DNA of 32,000 nt from assembly GCF_013177435.1 (NCBI RefSeq), contig NZ_CP053627.1, positions 2,400,001 to 2,432,000 of the forward strand. Direction: 5' to 3'. Shown here piece by piece: positions 17,560-27,162 of this stretch. The position numbers were made by a program, and so were the translations under genes. This stretch comes from Xylella taiwanensis. GTDB lineage: Bacteria > Pseudomonadota > Gammaproteobacteria > Xanthomonadales > Xanthomonadaceae. The notes below the pieces were generated by a model. It had not been told where the DNA came from, did not search any database, and was given only the letters and a program-made list of their open reading frames with translations. Within the stretch, counting starts at the first letter, position 1; each line of letters opens with the position of its first letter.

Positions 17560-18609
17560 ACTCCGAATCCTTGTAAAAAGAACAAGCTTGGTGAGTTTAA
17601 GCGAATTCAATGCAGGCATGACCACTCGGAGTGGATGAAGAAAGCGCCTACCGCATACACCATCACAACAACCAAAGATGCCAGCCCAAGATGCGTCACC
17701 AACACGACACAGCACGACGTATGGAAACATTCAGACTCCCAGCATTGAATTGATATGTTGAGATGCATTAGAAACAGTGCTGCAATCGCTCGCATCACTG
17801 CAGCAATCTCTCAACTGAGCAGTGATTCTCCAGAATATCGAGCCCCCTACTTCAATATCTGACTCCAAGGATGCAAGGCTTTCACCTTAGCAATGATGTG
17901 CATTGATGACTGGTCGAACAAAATCAGAAATCCCTGCTTACATCGCATTACACCACTACCACGGTTACGCCATCCGCAGAATCTTCCGAAAAGCGTTCCG
18001 CATCGCATTTAAGCATGTTATCTATTCATCCAAATGAAGGCGGATACTCAGTGAATAGCCCTGATGGAGATACAAGCGATCTTGTCATAATGAGGTAGCA
18101 AAAACAGGATGCAATCCATGGGCCACATATTCAATCTAAGCACGGACTGCATACAATCCACGTGGCGTTCGCTTAACCAGGAAATCAAGATTAAGTCGGA
18201 TACATGCGCTGAACATGTATCTGCTCGAACGCTATCGTCCGCTGTGCCTTAACATATCCTCGAATTGACTCAAAACTTCATAACACCATTAGCGTTATTC
18301 ATGCGGACCACTGAAAACGCTCGACCTGCTACACAGACACACCGTAGCCCTACATACACTGGCGCAAGCATGTGTCCAATGCTTCTCTTATACTTTGATC
18401 AGATCAACACATGGATATGTTCCTTGGTATCCACACCCCATTACCAGATATCAACATATAGACTGTGCACTGCATGGCGATGCTTGCGTTTACATACACG
18501 GACACCTGACAGCACGTAGCATCATATGCTCCGGCACTCAATGGCCGTAGCAGGTCTGTTTATTGCTGGACCTATATCACCTGTCCGATGAGCCTAAGGA
18601 GACTTGACG

Positions 18610-19128
18610 ATGTCACCACTGTGCTACGACATCTTTGACAGTCCGATTGGAATGCTGACCATCGTCGCCGACACAGACGCACTATGTCACGTGATGTTCC
18701 CAAGCAACCGTCACACAACACAAGGACACGAACACTGGCACTACGCTCCGGATGCAATGTTATTGCAGCAAGCACGTACACAGTTACTCGAATACTTGCA
18801 CGGCGAGCGCCACACATTTGCACTACCGTTACGACCACGGGGAACGCCATTCCAATGCGCCGTGTGGCATGCACTGACGGAGATCTCATTCGGTCAGACT
18901 TGGAGTTATGCTCAGTTAGCTGCACACGTCGGACGACCAGGTGCAAGCCGCGCAGTAGGTGCCACAAACGCCCGCAACCCACTACCAATCGTATTGCCTT
19001 GCCACCGTGTGATTGGCAGCAATGGCGCACTCACCGGCTTCAATGGCGGATTAGCTACCAAACACGCCCTGCTGTGTCTGGAAGGCATAGCACCAACTGA
19101 CACACACAAGGCAGTCATGAAATCGTGA
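18610..19128 (+). CDS. ogt: Methylated-DNA--protein-cysteine methyltransferase
   Basis: It has the active-site motif LPCHRVIGSNG, plus SYAQLAAHVGRPGASRAVGATNARNPLPIV. AAGGAG lies at 18594-18599. The start is ATG 18610 or TTG 18604. Confidence 0.9.
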   Translation: MSPLCYDIFDSPIGMLTIVADTDALCHVMFPSNRHTTQGHEHWHYAPDAMLLQQARTQLLEYLHGERHTFALPLRPRGTPFQCAVWHALTEISFGQTWSYAQLAAHVGRPGASRAVGATNARNPLPIVLPCHRVIGSNGALTGFNGGLATKHALLCLEGIAPTDTHKAVMKS

Positions 19129-19156
19129 CATCACTACTACCGCGTATATTGCTGCA

Positions 19157-20458
19157 ATGATGATCGCACGCCTGTTATCTATTTTGATCAGCACCCTGCT
19201 ATTGGCAGCCTGCTCGATTCCCATCCGCCGTAACATGCCAATCGTTGCCATCACAGCCACCCCACAGCACAAATTACTGCTGATCTCGATTGATGGCCTG
19301 CGCGCGGACGCGCTTGAACATGGTCAAGCGCCGCAACTGGCACGCTTAGCAGCCGATGGCGTACGTGCACGCTGGATGACACCTTCGTATCCTGCGTTGA
19401 CCTTTCCAAACCACTACACTTTAGTCACTGGGCTGCGCCCGGATCATCATGGCATTGTGCATAACACAATGGAGGATCCACTCCTGGGCACATTCGAACC
19501 GGAACGTCACGAAGCGATCAGCGACGGACGCTGGTGGGGAGGCGAGCCGATTTGGGTCAGCGCTGAGCATGCCGGCATACGCAGTGCTACCTTTTTCTGG
19601 CCCGGTAGCGAAGCATCAATCGCCGGTACACGGCCGAGCCGCTGGCATGTATATAACAAACGCATTCCACTGGATACACGGGTCAATCAGGTGCTGCGCT
19701 GGTTCAATGAACGTGGGCCCGATGCACCACGCTTAGTGATACTGCACTTTGAGCAAGTCGACACCGCAGGCCAAGGCTTCGGCCCCGATTCGCCGCAATA
19801 CGCTGCAGCAGTGCACACGATCGACACCGTAATTGGTCGACTGATCGACAGCCTACGCCACCACGGCAGACTCGCAGATACCGACGTGATCGTGGTCTCT
19901 GATCACGGCATTGCGCCAGTCCCAGGCGATCACGCGGTACCACTGGAACGGATCGTGCGGGTATCAGATGTGCATGTGGTTAGTGACGGCCAAGTGCTAG
20001 GAATCACACCGTTACCCGGCCATGAGAGCCAAATTGAAGCCATGCTACTCGGGGCACACGCCACATACGACTGCTGGCGTAAGCAAGCCGTGCCAGCACA
20101 CTGGCACTACGGCACGCACCCACGGATCCCAACCATCCTCTGCCAAATGCACGAAGGCTGGGACGCACTACCAGCAGCCCAAATCATTAAGCGTAATCCA
20201 TTGCAAATGCGAGGCTCGTCCGGCTTCGATCCAACCCTACCCTCCATGCACGCGGTCTTCCTTGCCCACGGGCCATCATTCATACCAGGCACTCTACTTA
20301 ACCCAATCAGCAACGTCGACGTCTACCCACTACTGGCACGCCTGCTCGGCATTCCAGCCGCACCGAACGACGGCGATCCACGTGCACTGCTGCCAGCTTT
20401 ACGCAGCGACAATGCAGCAACCGGGTACACATACAGTAAACGCGATGCACAACATTGA
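19157..20458 (+). CDS. Nucleotide pyrophosphatase/phosphodiesterase (NPP, alkaline phosphatase superfamily) lipoprotein
   Basis: It has a lipobox LLAAC, and the NPP metal-site and nucleophile motifs ISIDGLRAD, TPSYPALTFPNHYTLVTGLRPDHHGIVHN, FFWPGSE and VVSDHG. It starts 28 nt after ogt. Confidence 0.88.
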   Translation: MMIARLLSILISTLLLAACSIPIRRNMPIVAITATPQHKLLLISIDGLRADALEHGQAPQLARLAADGVRARWMTPSYPALTFPNHYTLVTGLRPDHHGIVHNTMEDPLLGTFEPERHEAISDGRWWGGEPIWVSAEHAGIRSATFFWPGSEASIAGTRPSRWHVYNKRIPLDTRVNQVLRWFNERGPDAPRLVILHFEQVDTAGQGFGPDSPQYAAAVHTIDTVIGRLIDSLRHHGRLADTDVIVVSDHGIAPVPGDHAVPLERIVRVSDVHVVSDGQVLGITPLPGHESQIEAMLLGAHATYDCWRKQAVPAHWHYGTHPRIPTILCQMHEGWDALPAAQIIKRNPLQMRGSSGFDPTLPSMHAVFLAHGPSFIPGTLLNPISNVDVYPLLARLLGIPAAPNDGDPRALLPALRSDNAATGYTYSKRDAQH

Positions 20459-20777
20459 TTCATTCGCAAGCCAAGTACCAATACAGTCTGTCGTTCCCTC
20501 CCGTAGCCGTGGGCGACGCAACCTGTATCAGCGTTTTTGCTGGATACGCCTGCCCAATGACAGGTAGACGGCACTCAATCCATATAGCCACACCCCAGAT
20601 AATCTCCGCGCCAGAAACATCGGGAAGCAGCAAGGGGACACTGATTTACATCTGTGTCGCAGCGAATAGTTAGTATATATACACAACCTGCTAAACCCGT
20701 TGGGGATCTGCTAGGCAATCACTCATGCATTCACACAACTGTTCTAGAATTCTAAGACCAAACCGCTGGACTTCATC

Positions 20778-21101
20778 ATGCCCTTTGTCGTCACCGAAAA
20801 CTGCATCAACTGCAAATACACTGACTGCGTAGAGGTCTGCCCGGTCGATTGCTTCCATGAAGGCCCGAACTTTCTTGTCATCGATCCTGACGAGTGTATC
20901 GACTGCACCCTGTGTGAGCCGGAGTGCCCTGTAAATGCAATCTATCCCGAGGAGGACGTACCCGCTGACCAAAAGCAATTTATTGCACTCAACGCTGAGC
21001 TTGCCAAAGGATGGCCTGTAGTGACCATACGCCGGGAGCCGATGCTCAACGCAGCAGAATGGAATGGCAAACCAGATAAGCTACCATTGCTGCAACGCTG
21101 A
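20778..21101 (+). CDS. fdxA: 7Fe ferredoxin (3Fe-4S plus 4Fe-4S), FdxA type
   Basis: [55 protein letters not shown] is the classical Azotobacter-type ferredoxin I cysteine pattern. The ORF is 107 aa. Confidence 0.93.
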   Translation: MPFVVTENCINCKYTDCVEVCPVDCFHEGPNFLVIDPDECIDCTLCEPECPVNAIYPEEDVPADQKQFIALNAELAKGWPVVTIRREPMLNAAEWNGKPDKLPLLQR

Positions 21102-21735
21102 GGAGGCCACACGGGGTGTATTGCATCCTTCCCGACCACCTCGCACTTTACTTTTCAATCTACTCTAAGCTAACAGTCAAACGCAGTACTACAATCGTTA
21201 GCAACACACCACCACTCTCACCACAGCAAGATCGTTCTTCGACCGAATCTACATCCATATACCACAATCAAACTAACAAAACCACAATGAATTGATTCCT
21301 ACCCAAGCAGAAAAATGCCTAAGATTTTCGAAATCTTGTTTTACTTGAATCAAACTATCTCGAACAAACCACACTCACATGCTGGCGATCATTAGATCGC
21401 AACATCGTCTTTTGGCGACACCTACTAGCCCCTCACCCACCAGGATGCATCTATCGTTCTCTAACTTGTCATGCTCGATTTACCGCCATACAACTACAAA
21501 TTAAGACACCTGCCTTGCAACGCATCTTCACACCGATCAACTTACGCATTTTAAGTGAAAACGAGTACCCCATCGCACTACTGTCTACACTGCACTTCCG
21601 TATAATCTCCTCCGCCTTGATGATAACTACCCAGCCCTCAAACATTTAGAGCATTTCCACATCAAGGGCAGGGACAAGATGATCATCGCTGGGATGCTTT
21701 TTCTCCTGGATAACAACCATAATTTTACTCGCCCC

Positions 21736-23223
21736 TTACCTGACGCTACCATTCTCCTCCTGCAATTCTTTCTTGAACGGGATGTCTGGCGGGGGACGCG
21801 CAGTCGCTGACTGATCATTCATATTGGGATTAATCAGGCTGCACCCACCACCGAACTGCAACAGCGACACCACACAATGGATCTTTGTGTGGGTGCCTGG
21901 AATGGGGATTTCGATCTTCTTGATACCACGACTGACCCATTGTTGTAACAAAGACTCATTTGGAGTCCAATATTGCTCGAACACCGTTGGAATATAATCG
22001 TACGGTGGCCGTTTCAGCCATTTCCCGGATTGAGCAATACGTTCGCGAGTCCAAGTATCCGATTCACTACCAGGAGCGCCACGGGAGGTGCCGCCAAGCC
22101 TGCCGGCGTTAGGGACACGGACACGACCCTGTTGGTCGAACAAACTCTGCCCACCATCCCCCGGACGCTGGCGGCGATCAGCCAAGCCCCAATCATCGCC
22201 ACGCCTGGAAGCATCTCCACCATTGTCGTGCTGCACTGCCACCGCACTACCTTCCCCCCACTGTTCCGAAGGTGCCTGCACTGGCACCGGTGTGGTTGAC
22301 AAAGGCGTGGCAACAGAACTTTGTACCGGTACGGCCACGCTCGGCAACTCGTGCTGACGAACCTGCACTTCAGCCAGCTTCTGGGGTCGAAGCGTCGGAA
22401 CCACCGGCTGTGGGTCTCTCATAGAAAACTGTGGTTGATCGGGAATCACAACATCACGCTCACGCACGCTCGGAACAGCCACATGCGGCAGCAGCACTTG
22501 CGGGTCGTGTGACTGCATCTGCAGCAGTCGCGGAGGAATATCAACGATCTGCACCTCGCGCTGCCTTACTTGCGGCAGTGAACGCTCACGTATCGGAATC
22601 GACATATCGGATAAATGCTGCAGCGGAGGTATTACAAAGTCAGTCGTTGGGACTGCGACTTCGGTGACTTGCAGCGGCTGCTCAACTGCAGGTTGTGTCG
22701 GCTGTTCGACCTCAACTTTAGACGACACTTGACGCACCGACGATGGTAGCAGCTTGTTCCCGTCAGCACCCTGTGCAGATGTGCTTGCCACTCCAGTCAA
22801 AGAGGTAGACGAAGGGGTAATGGCAGGCGGTACCGATCTAGATACAGCAGCAGACGTCGCGGCAGCGACCACTGCATCATGTGGTCTCTCCACCACCGCA
22901 CCAGATACCGGTGAACCATCGCCAATCAGGCTCACACTCACCCTGCCCTCATCACCTGTAGGCGGCGGTAGAGCCCAGCGGATCGCAAGACTCCAGATCA
23001 GCAAAAACAGGAAACCCAAATTGATCAGGACACTGCCTAATACCCCAATCCAATGCAGCAGCCACTCATCATGCGGACGCGGATCCCAATGTTGCCACCA
23101 CAGACTTCGGAACGCCTGCAAGTACCCTAACGCTACCCCATCTCTGCTGTGGAAACGCGACGTACGAGTTGCCCAAAAGGGAATAAACTCGCTCTGATCA
23201 AACCTTGGGTACTGCAACGGCAT
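21736..23223 (-). CDS. Single-pass membrane protein with a long Pro/Val/Gln-rich repetitive spacer and a Cys-containing C-terminal domain (conserved hypothetical, 'transmembrane repetitive protein' type)
   Basis: The 495-aa ORF has one TM helix (GVLGSVLINLGFLFLLIWSLAI) and about 300 aa of P/V/Q-rich degenerate repeats (for example RQREVQIVDIPP and VRERDVVIPDQP). The C-terminal globular part carries IHCVVSLLQFGGGCSL. The function is unknown. Confidence 0.7.
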   Translation of the reverse strand: MPLQYPRFDQSEFIPFWATRTSRFHSRDGVALGYLQAFRSLWWQHWDPRPHDEWLLHWIGVLGSVLINLGFLFLLIWSLAIRWALPPPTGDEGRVSVSLIGDGSPVSGAVVERPHDAVVAAATSAAVSRSVPPAITPSSTSLTGVASTSAQGADGNKLLPSSVRQVSSKVEVEQPTQPAVEQPLQVTEVAVPTTDFVIPPLQHLSDMSIPIRERSLPQVRQREVQIVDIPPRLLQMQSHDPQVLLPHVAVPSVRERDVVIPDQPQFSMRDPQPVVPTLRPQKLAEVQVRQHELPSVAVPVQSSVATPLSTTPVPVQAPSEQWGEGSAVAVQHDNGGDASRRGDDWGLADRRQRPGDGGQSLFDQQGRVRVPNAGRLGGTSRGAPGSESDTWTRERIAQSGKWLKRPPYDYIPTVFEQYWTPNESLLQQWVSRGIKKIEIPIPGTHTKIHCVVSLLQFGGGCSLINPNMNDQSATARPPPDIPFKKELQEENGSVR

Positions 23224-23341
23224 TCAATCCACCCAGCCATATGGCAAACGACTAGGCGGATAGAGAATTAACCAGTCTGGCAAACAAGTGTGCATTACGA
23301 CAAAAAAACGTGTGGATTGAACTCGCGTCATCGCAAAAAAA

Positions 23342-23941
23342 TCAGGCGGCAAAATTGCGAGAAATGTATGGGGCCGCACCTGTACTATGATCGGTGGCAT
23401 CGTGCACTGCAATCACGCCAGGTACACGCTCCATCAGGGTTTTTTCGACGCCTTGCTTGAGGGTCACATCAGCCATACCACAACCGTGGCAACCACCGCC
23501 AAAACGCAGTAACACCACACCTTCGGCAGAAACCTCCTGCACCTCCACTCGCCCACCATGTGAGGCTAACTGCGGGTTAATCTCGTTCTCTACAACCCAG
23601 CACACTCTCTCAACCAGTGAGGCAACCTGACCAGGCTCCTGGCCTTTAATCCTGGGGGCTTTGATGATCAATTGCTGATTGCCAGCAGCCTGGATAACGT
23701 AGTCGATTTCAGCGCCATCCAGCCATACCACGCTGGCTGCAGCCACATAGAGAGTGAAACCACCACAATCCACCAACCATTCATCGCCAGCCAACTCCGA
23801 AGGCTCGGCAAACTCCAAGCGTGCATCAGCACGCGCTGTGCCGGGATCCACTGCACTCAGACGCACCCCCATACCGGGCACACCCTCTCGTTCGATCAAT
23901 TTACGGAAGTGGACCTTGGCTCTATCAGAAATCTGGATCAT
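23342..23941 (-). CDS. nfuA: Fe/S cluster biogenesis protein NfuA
   Basis: The 199-aa ORF has an N-terminal degenerate A-type domain ([28 protein letters not shown]) and a C-terminal Nfu domain with the CHGC motif ([19 protein letters not shown]). Confidence 0.93.
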   Translation of the reverse strand: MIQISDRAKVHFRKLIEREGVPGMGVRLSAVDPGTARADARLEFAEPSELAGDEWLVDCGGFTLYVAAASVVWLDGAEIDYVIQAAGNQQLIIKAPRIKGQEPGQVASLVERVCWVVENEINPQLASHGGRVEVQEVSAEGVVLLRFGGGCHGCGMADVTLKQGVEKTLMERVPGVIAVHDATDHSTGAAPYISRNFAA

Positions 23942-24026
23942 ATGGGTTATTCTAACTTCACTTTAGTGTCGCATTCACCACACTCTAGTACTTACGATGC
24001 CACCAGCTTGCACACCAGGACGCTCG

Positions 24027-24377
24027 ATGAACGATCTGATTCCTCTAGCCCAAGCCCGCTGCAGGCCACGCGACAAAAACGAACGCAAGCTCGGCCAAGC
24101 CCACTTGGCCGAGCTGCTACCACAGGTCCCAGGCTGGGAATTGAGCAATAACAGACATGCACTGACCCGGACATTCTGGTTCGACAACTATTACCGTACC
24201 CTCGCCTTCGTCAACGCGCTAGCCTTTGTTGCACACTGCGAAGATCACCACCCGGATATGGGTGTGCACTATGATCGGGTCGTAGTGTGCTTTTCCAGCC
24301 ATAATATCGGAGGGATCAGCGAGAACGACTTCATCTGCGCCGCCAAGGCTTCCGCACTGTACGAACAAGGAATCTGA
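24027..24377 (+). CDS. phhB: Pterin-4-alpha-carbinolamine dehydratase
   Basis: LPQVPGWEL....[41 protein letters not shown] is the PCD/DCoH signature. I prefer ATG 24027 ([11 protein letters not shown] 6 nt upstream) over ATG 23997. Confidence 0.88.
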   Translation: MNDLIPLAQARCRPRDKNERKLGQAHLAELLPQVPGWELSNNRHALTRTFWFDNYYRTLAFVNALAFVAHCEDHHPDMGVHYDRVVVCFSSHNIGGISENDFICAAKASALYEQGI

Positions 24378-24384
24378 CTTCGTT

Positions 24385-24798
24385 ATGAAATTGCTTCGTT
24401 TCCATGCCTTGTCGACACTGTTGCTATCGGTCGGTGCCTGTAGTAAGCACGTTGATCAAGCGCCAGCCCCCCCTTCTACTGAACTCATTGCGGTGCATAC
24501 GCCACCTCCCAAGTATCCGAAACAACTGGCCTGTGCAGGTATTGGCGGACGCGCAGTATTGAAAGTCAAAGTTGGTACGCAAGGAAAACCCATCGAAGTA
24601 AAGTTGGTACAAAGCAGCAACCAACCAGCGCTGGACACATCGGCACAAGGTCGCGTACGGGACTGGGAGTTCAAGCCAGCCACACGCAACGGCCAACCGA
24701 TCACACAAACAATCCAAGTACCGGTCACATTCAACCCACCCAATCCTAAACCTGAATGGTGCTTCGCACTTGAAGAAGGTGACCGTCACAATAACTGA
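24385..24798 (+). CDS. Lipoprotein consisting essentially of a TonB C-terminal domain
   Basis: It has a lipobox LLLSVGAC, followed by PPKYPKQLACAGIGGRAVLKVKVGTQGKPIEVKLVQSSNQPALDTSAQGRVRDWEFKPATRNGQPITQTIQVPVTF, which fits the TonB_C fold pattern. There is no N-terminal TM anchor or Pro-rich spacer. It starts 7 nt after phhB. Confidence 0.8.
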   Translation: MKLLRFHALSTLLLSVGACSKHVDQAPAPPSTELIAVHTPPPKYPKQLACAGIGGRAVLKVKVGTQGKPIEVKLVQSSNQPALDTSAQGRVRDWEFKPATRNGQPITQTIQVPVTFNPPNPKPEWCFALEEGDRHNN

Positions 24799-24873
24799 AG
24801 TTAACTTGCACGCACACCTCATCCTAGCGTTTCAGCCATATATCTGCGTACCTGCTGTCTGTACCTAATACAT

Positions 24874-24895
24874 GGCTTCATTGCTATTTGAAGCC
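24874..24895 (+). terminator. Hairpin downstream of the phhB/TonB-C pair (no U-tract)
   Basis: GGCTTCA (24874-24880) pairs with TGAAGCC (24889-24895) as a perfect 7-bp stem with an 8-nt loop, 76 nt after the stop. Confidence 0.3.
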
Positions 24896-25768
24896 AACAT
24901 CGACACCGCGCAGTGTCACCCTCACAGCAGGATTGGCCACCAGGCTTGATAGCCTGATAGTGATGTTCTCTTATCCCCCGAATCCACGCGCACTGTCATT
25001 CAGTCTGGCCTTCGCCGACGGCGCAATTTTATTCACATGACCAACTAAATCCTTGACAAGTCGGTCGCCATGTTCATCAACGTCTACTGCACACCAGTCA
25101 ACTTTGCTTGGACCAACGTCGCTTTTCCAGTCGACCTAGTGTTAACCATGCTGATCGACCGCCCAGTACTGAATCCTTACCAAAGCATGAGCACCGACGA
25201 TCCACGGTTCAACGACAACAACCGCGCACTTACCTCAAGCCACTCGAGCTGCTAATCCCGGTACAATCACTGCACACAACATCCATGCAAGGTCTAGCCA
25301 CATTACTTTGTAACCCTGGAAAACCCCAGCATCGGCATGCTGTTAACGCTAACGATCGCAATCACAGTGCAGGACTATTTCGCCACAAACAACCGAATCT
25401 ATCCCTGTGCCATCAGTCTGTCATCTAGACTCGCCGAACCCTGTTAGCAGGACTACACGCCGATAATAACCACAGTATTCGGGTCGATCGCCGAAACAAT
25501 GATATTACTCACCCTTGACGCACTACTATCCACGGCCAAACACTATGCACGTAACCATTAGACTGTTTATGTATTAGTCGCTGGGCGAACCCCGGGACGC
25601 TAAGCTTTGGCGCTATTTCGCATCGCTAGGCTTATAACACACAGCGCAACAACACTGTACCCGCCATGCAAGTGATAAATCGGCACAAGCCACGTTAAGT
25701 GACAACATAAATGGGTGTAGCAAGAAGCTGAGCATTAGTTGGTCCAGACCGTTCCAAGCTGGATCAGA

Positions 25769-26761
25769 CTAAAGACGGTCTAACGCGGCCGCCAAGTCCT
25801 CCGCCAACGGAGCGTTCAGCACATAGTGCGCGCGTCCGGCGTCCAAAGCGAACTCCAACGACACGGCATGCAAGAACAGACGGCGTAAACCAATACGATC
25901 GTGCAACCGCTGGTTAATCTCCTGATCACCGTACTTGTCGTCACCAGTGACTGGATGACCAAGATGCTGCGCATGCACGCGGATCTGGTGAGTTCGACCT
26001 GTTTCGATCAACACCTCGCAATAAGATTGCCCTCCACGCCGCTCCAGTAAACGGAAACGACTCATTGAGGGCTTTCCATCACAATGCACCTGGACATGAC
26101 GCTCTCCCCCCTTGCGCAGATTAATACGCAACGGCGCATCAACACTCATCACTCCATTGGGCATACGCCCGGACAACAAAGCCAAATAACGCTTGGTGAT
26201 ACCACGGCCCTCATTACCATTAAAATTGGCTTCACGCATCAACGCCTGTAACTCAATTAGAGCTGCACGCTTCTTTGCGATGATCAACAAACCAGAGGTA
26301 TCGCGGTCCAGACGATGCACAAGTTCCAGATCCTGATCAGGACGCAAGACACGCATGATCTCGATCACGCCGAAACTGATCCCACTACCGCCATGGCTAG
26401 CCACGCCACTGGGCTTGTTAAGCGCCAGCAGACGTGCGTCCTCGAACACAATCGCCGCCTCCATCTTGGCCAGAAATGCAGCCGATGGTGCGACCTTGGC
26501 CCCATCCTGAATAAGGCGCAACGGCGGAAGCCGGACTTCATCACCTCCCTCCAATTTGCGCTCGGCCTTGGTACGACGACCGTTAACTCTAACTTGCCCA
26601 CTGCGCACCAGCTTGTAAACCAAACTGCGCGGGACACCCTTTAGTTTGCCGAGAAGGAAATTATCCAAGCGCTGCCCACGGTGCTCGGCAGGCACGACAA
26701 CAATACGTACGCTGAAACACTCCACGACAAGCCCTGACTGGAAACAAAATGGATCGGTCAT
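25769..26761 (-). CDS. rluC: 23S rRNA pseudouridine synthase RluC (RluA family with an S4 domain)
   Basis: It has an S4 domain (QRLDNFLLGKLKGVPRSLVYKLVRSGQVRVNG) and the catalytic motif HRLDRDTSGLLIIAKK, then GRTHQIRVH. It is divergent from rne, as in E. coli. The start is uncertain: ATG 26761 or GTG 26725. The 363-aa longest ORF (to 26860) is unlikely. Confidence 0.88.
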   Translation of the reverse strand: MTDPFCFQSGLVVECFSVRIVVVPAEHRGQRLDNFLLGKLKGVPRSLVYKLVRSGQVRVNGRRTKAERKLEGGDEVRLPPLRLIQDGAKVAPSAAFLAKMEAAIVFEDARLLALNKPSGVASHGGSGISFGVIEIMRVLRPDQDLELVHRLDRDTSGLLIIAKKRAALIELQALMREANFNGNEGRGITKRYLALLSGRMPNGVMSVDAPLRINLRKGGERHVQVHCDGKPSMSRFRLLERRGGQSYCEVLIETGRTHQIRVHAQHLGHPVTGDDKYGDQEINQRLHDRIGLRRLFLHAVSLEFALDAGRAHYVLNAPLAEDLAAALDRL

Positions 26762-26861
26762 CCGAATATATATTCTGCTATACTTTGCTGGCGAGATAAG
26801 GGTTTGATTTCGTTGAAGGTTGATCTGGGCCAGAAGCCCCACTTCCGACGAATCTGGCATA

Positions 26862-27162
26862 GCACGCGGCCTTACCCCCTATAGGGACGGCCATGTTAGC
26901 GGCTCGCCGACCTACCTGGCCATCGCCGGGCATTTCAGTGCCCGCGCTGAACGTGTCCCGTGCGCCTCGCCGGTTTGACCGGAATGTGGCTGCCGGCCCT
27001 GAAACACCTGAGAAATAAGCGCTCCCGCGGCCTGCCGTGGTGTCGTAGCGCTGGAAAACCAAACTGGCCTGTACGCGCTTCGCGCGAAAGGGACGGTGAA
27101 CGCTTCCAGAGGCGAAACGCCATGGCGTTCCGCGCGTAAAAAGCGCGCGAGGAACGCAACTA
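26862..27162 (+). promoter_or_regulatory. Structured rne 5' leader (candidate autoregulatory UTR)
   Basis: This GC-rich island is not G-depleted (45/60 GC at 26941-27000), unlike its A+C-rich surroundings. Stem-loops are dense: the palindrome CCCTATAGGG flanked by GGCC (26867-26891), CCGGT/ACCGG (around 26971), CGCGC-TTC-GCGCG (27074-27086) and the palindrome AACGCCATGGCGTT (27116-27129). A terminal hairpin at 27125-27157 pairs GCGTTCC with GGAACGC and so buries the SD (GAGGAA, 27149-27154) 8 nt before the ATG. Confidence 0.55.

Noticed and set aside
18572-19100. A 152-aa antisense ORF and a 138-aa alternative-frame ORF over ogt.
   Set aside because: The PCHRVIG active site fixes the ogt frame. 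The other two products are R/C-rich with no motif.
20022-20567. A 181-aa + strand ORF overlapping the 3' third of the NPP gene in another frame.
   Set aside because: The NPP frame carries the family motifs through to its end. The overlapping product is H/T/S/P/Q-rich filler.
21679-21828. A 49-codon + strand ORF with an AGGGA SD and a perfect TATAAT at 21601-21606 upstream.
   Set aside because: It converges on and overlaps the 3' end of the 495-aa gene by about 90 nt. There is no usable -35 at proper spacing and no recognisable product.
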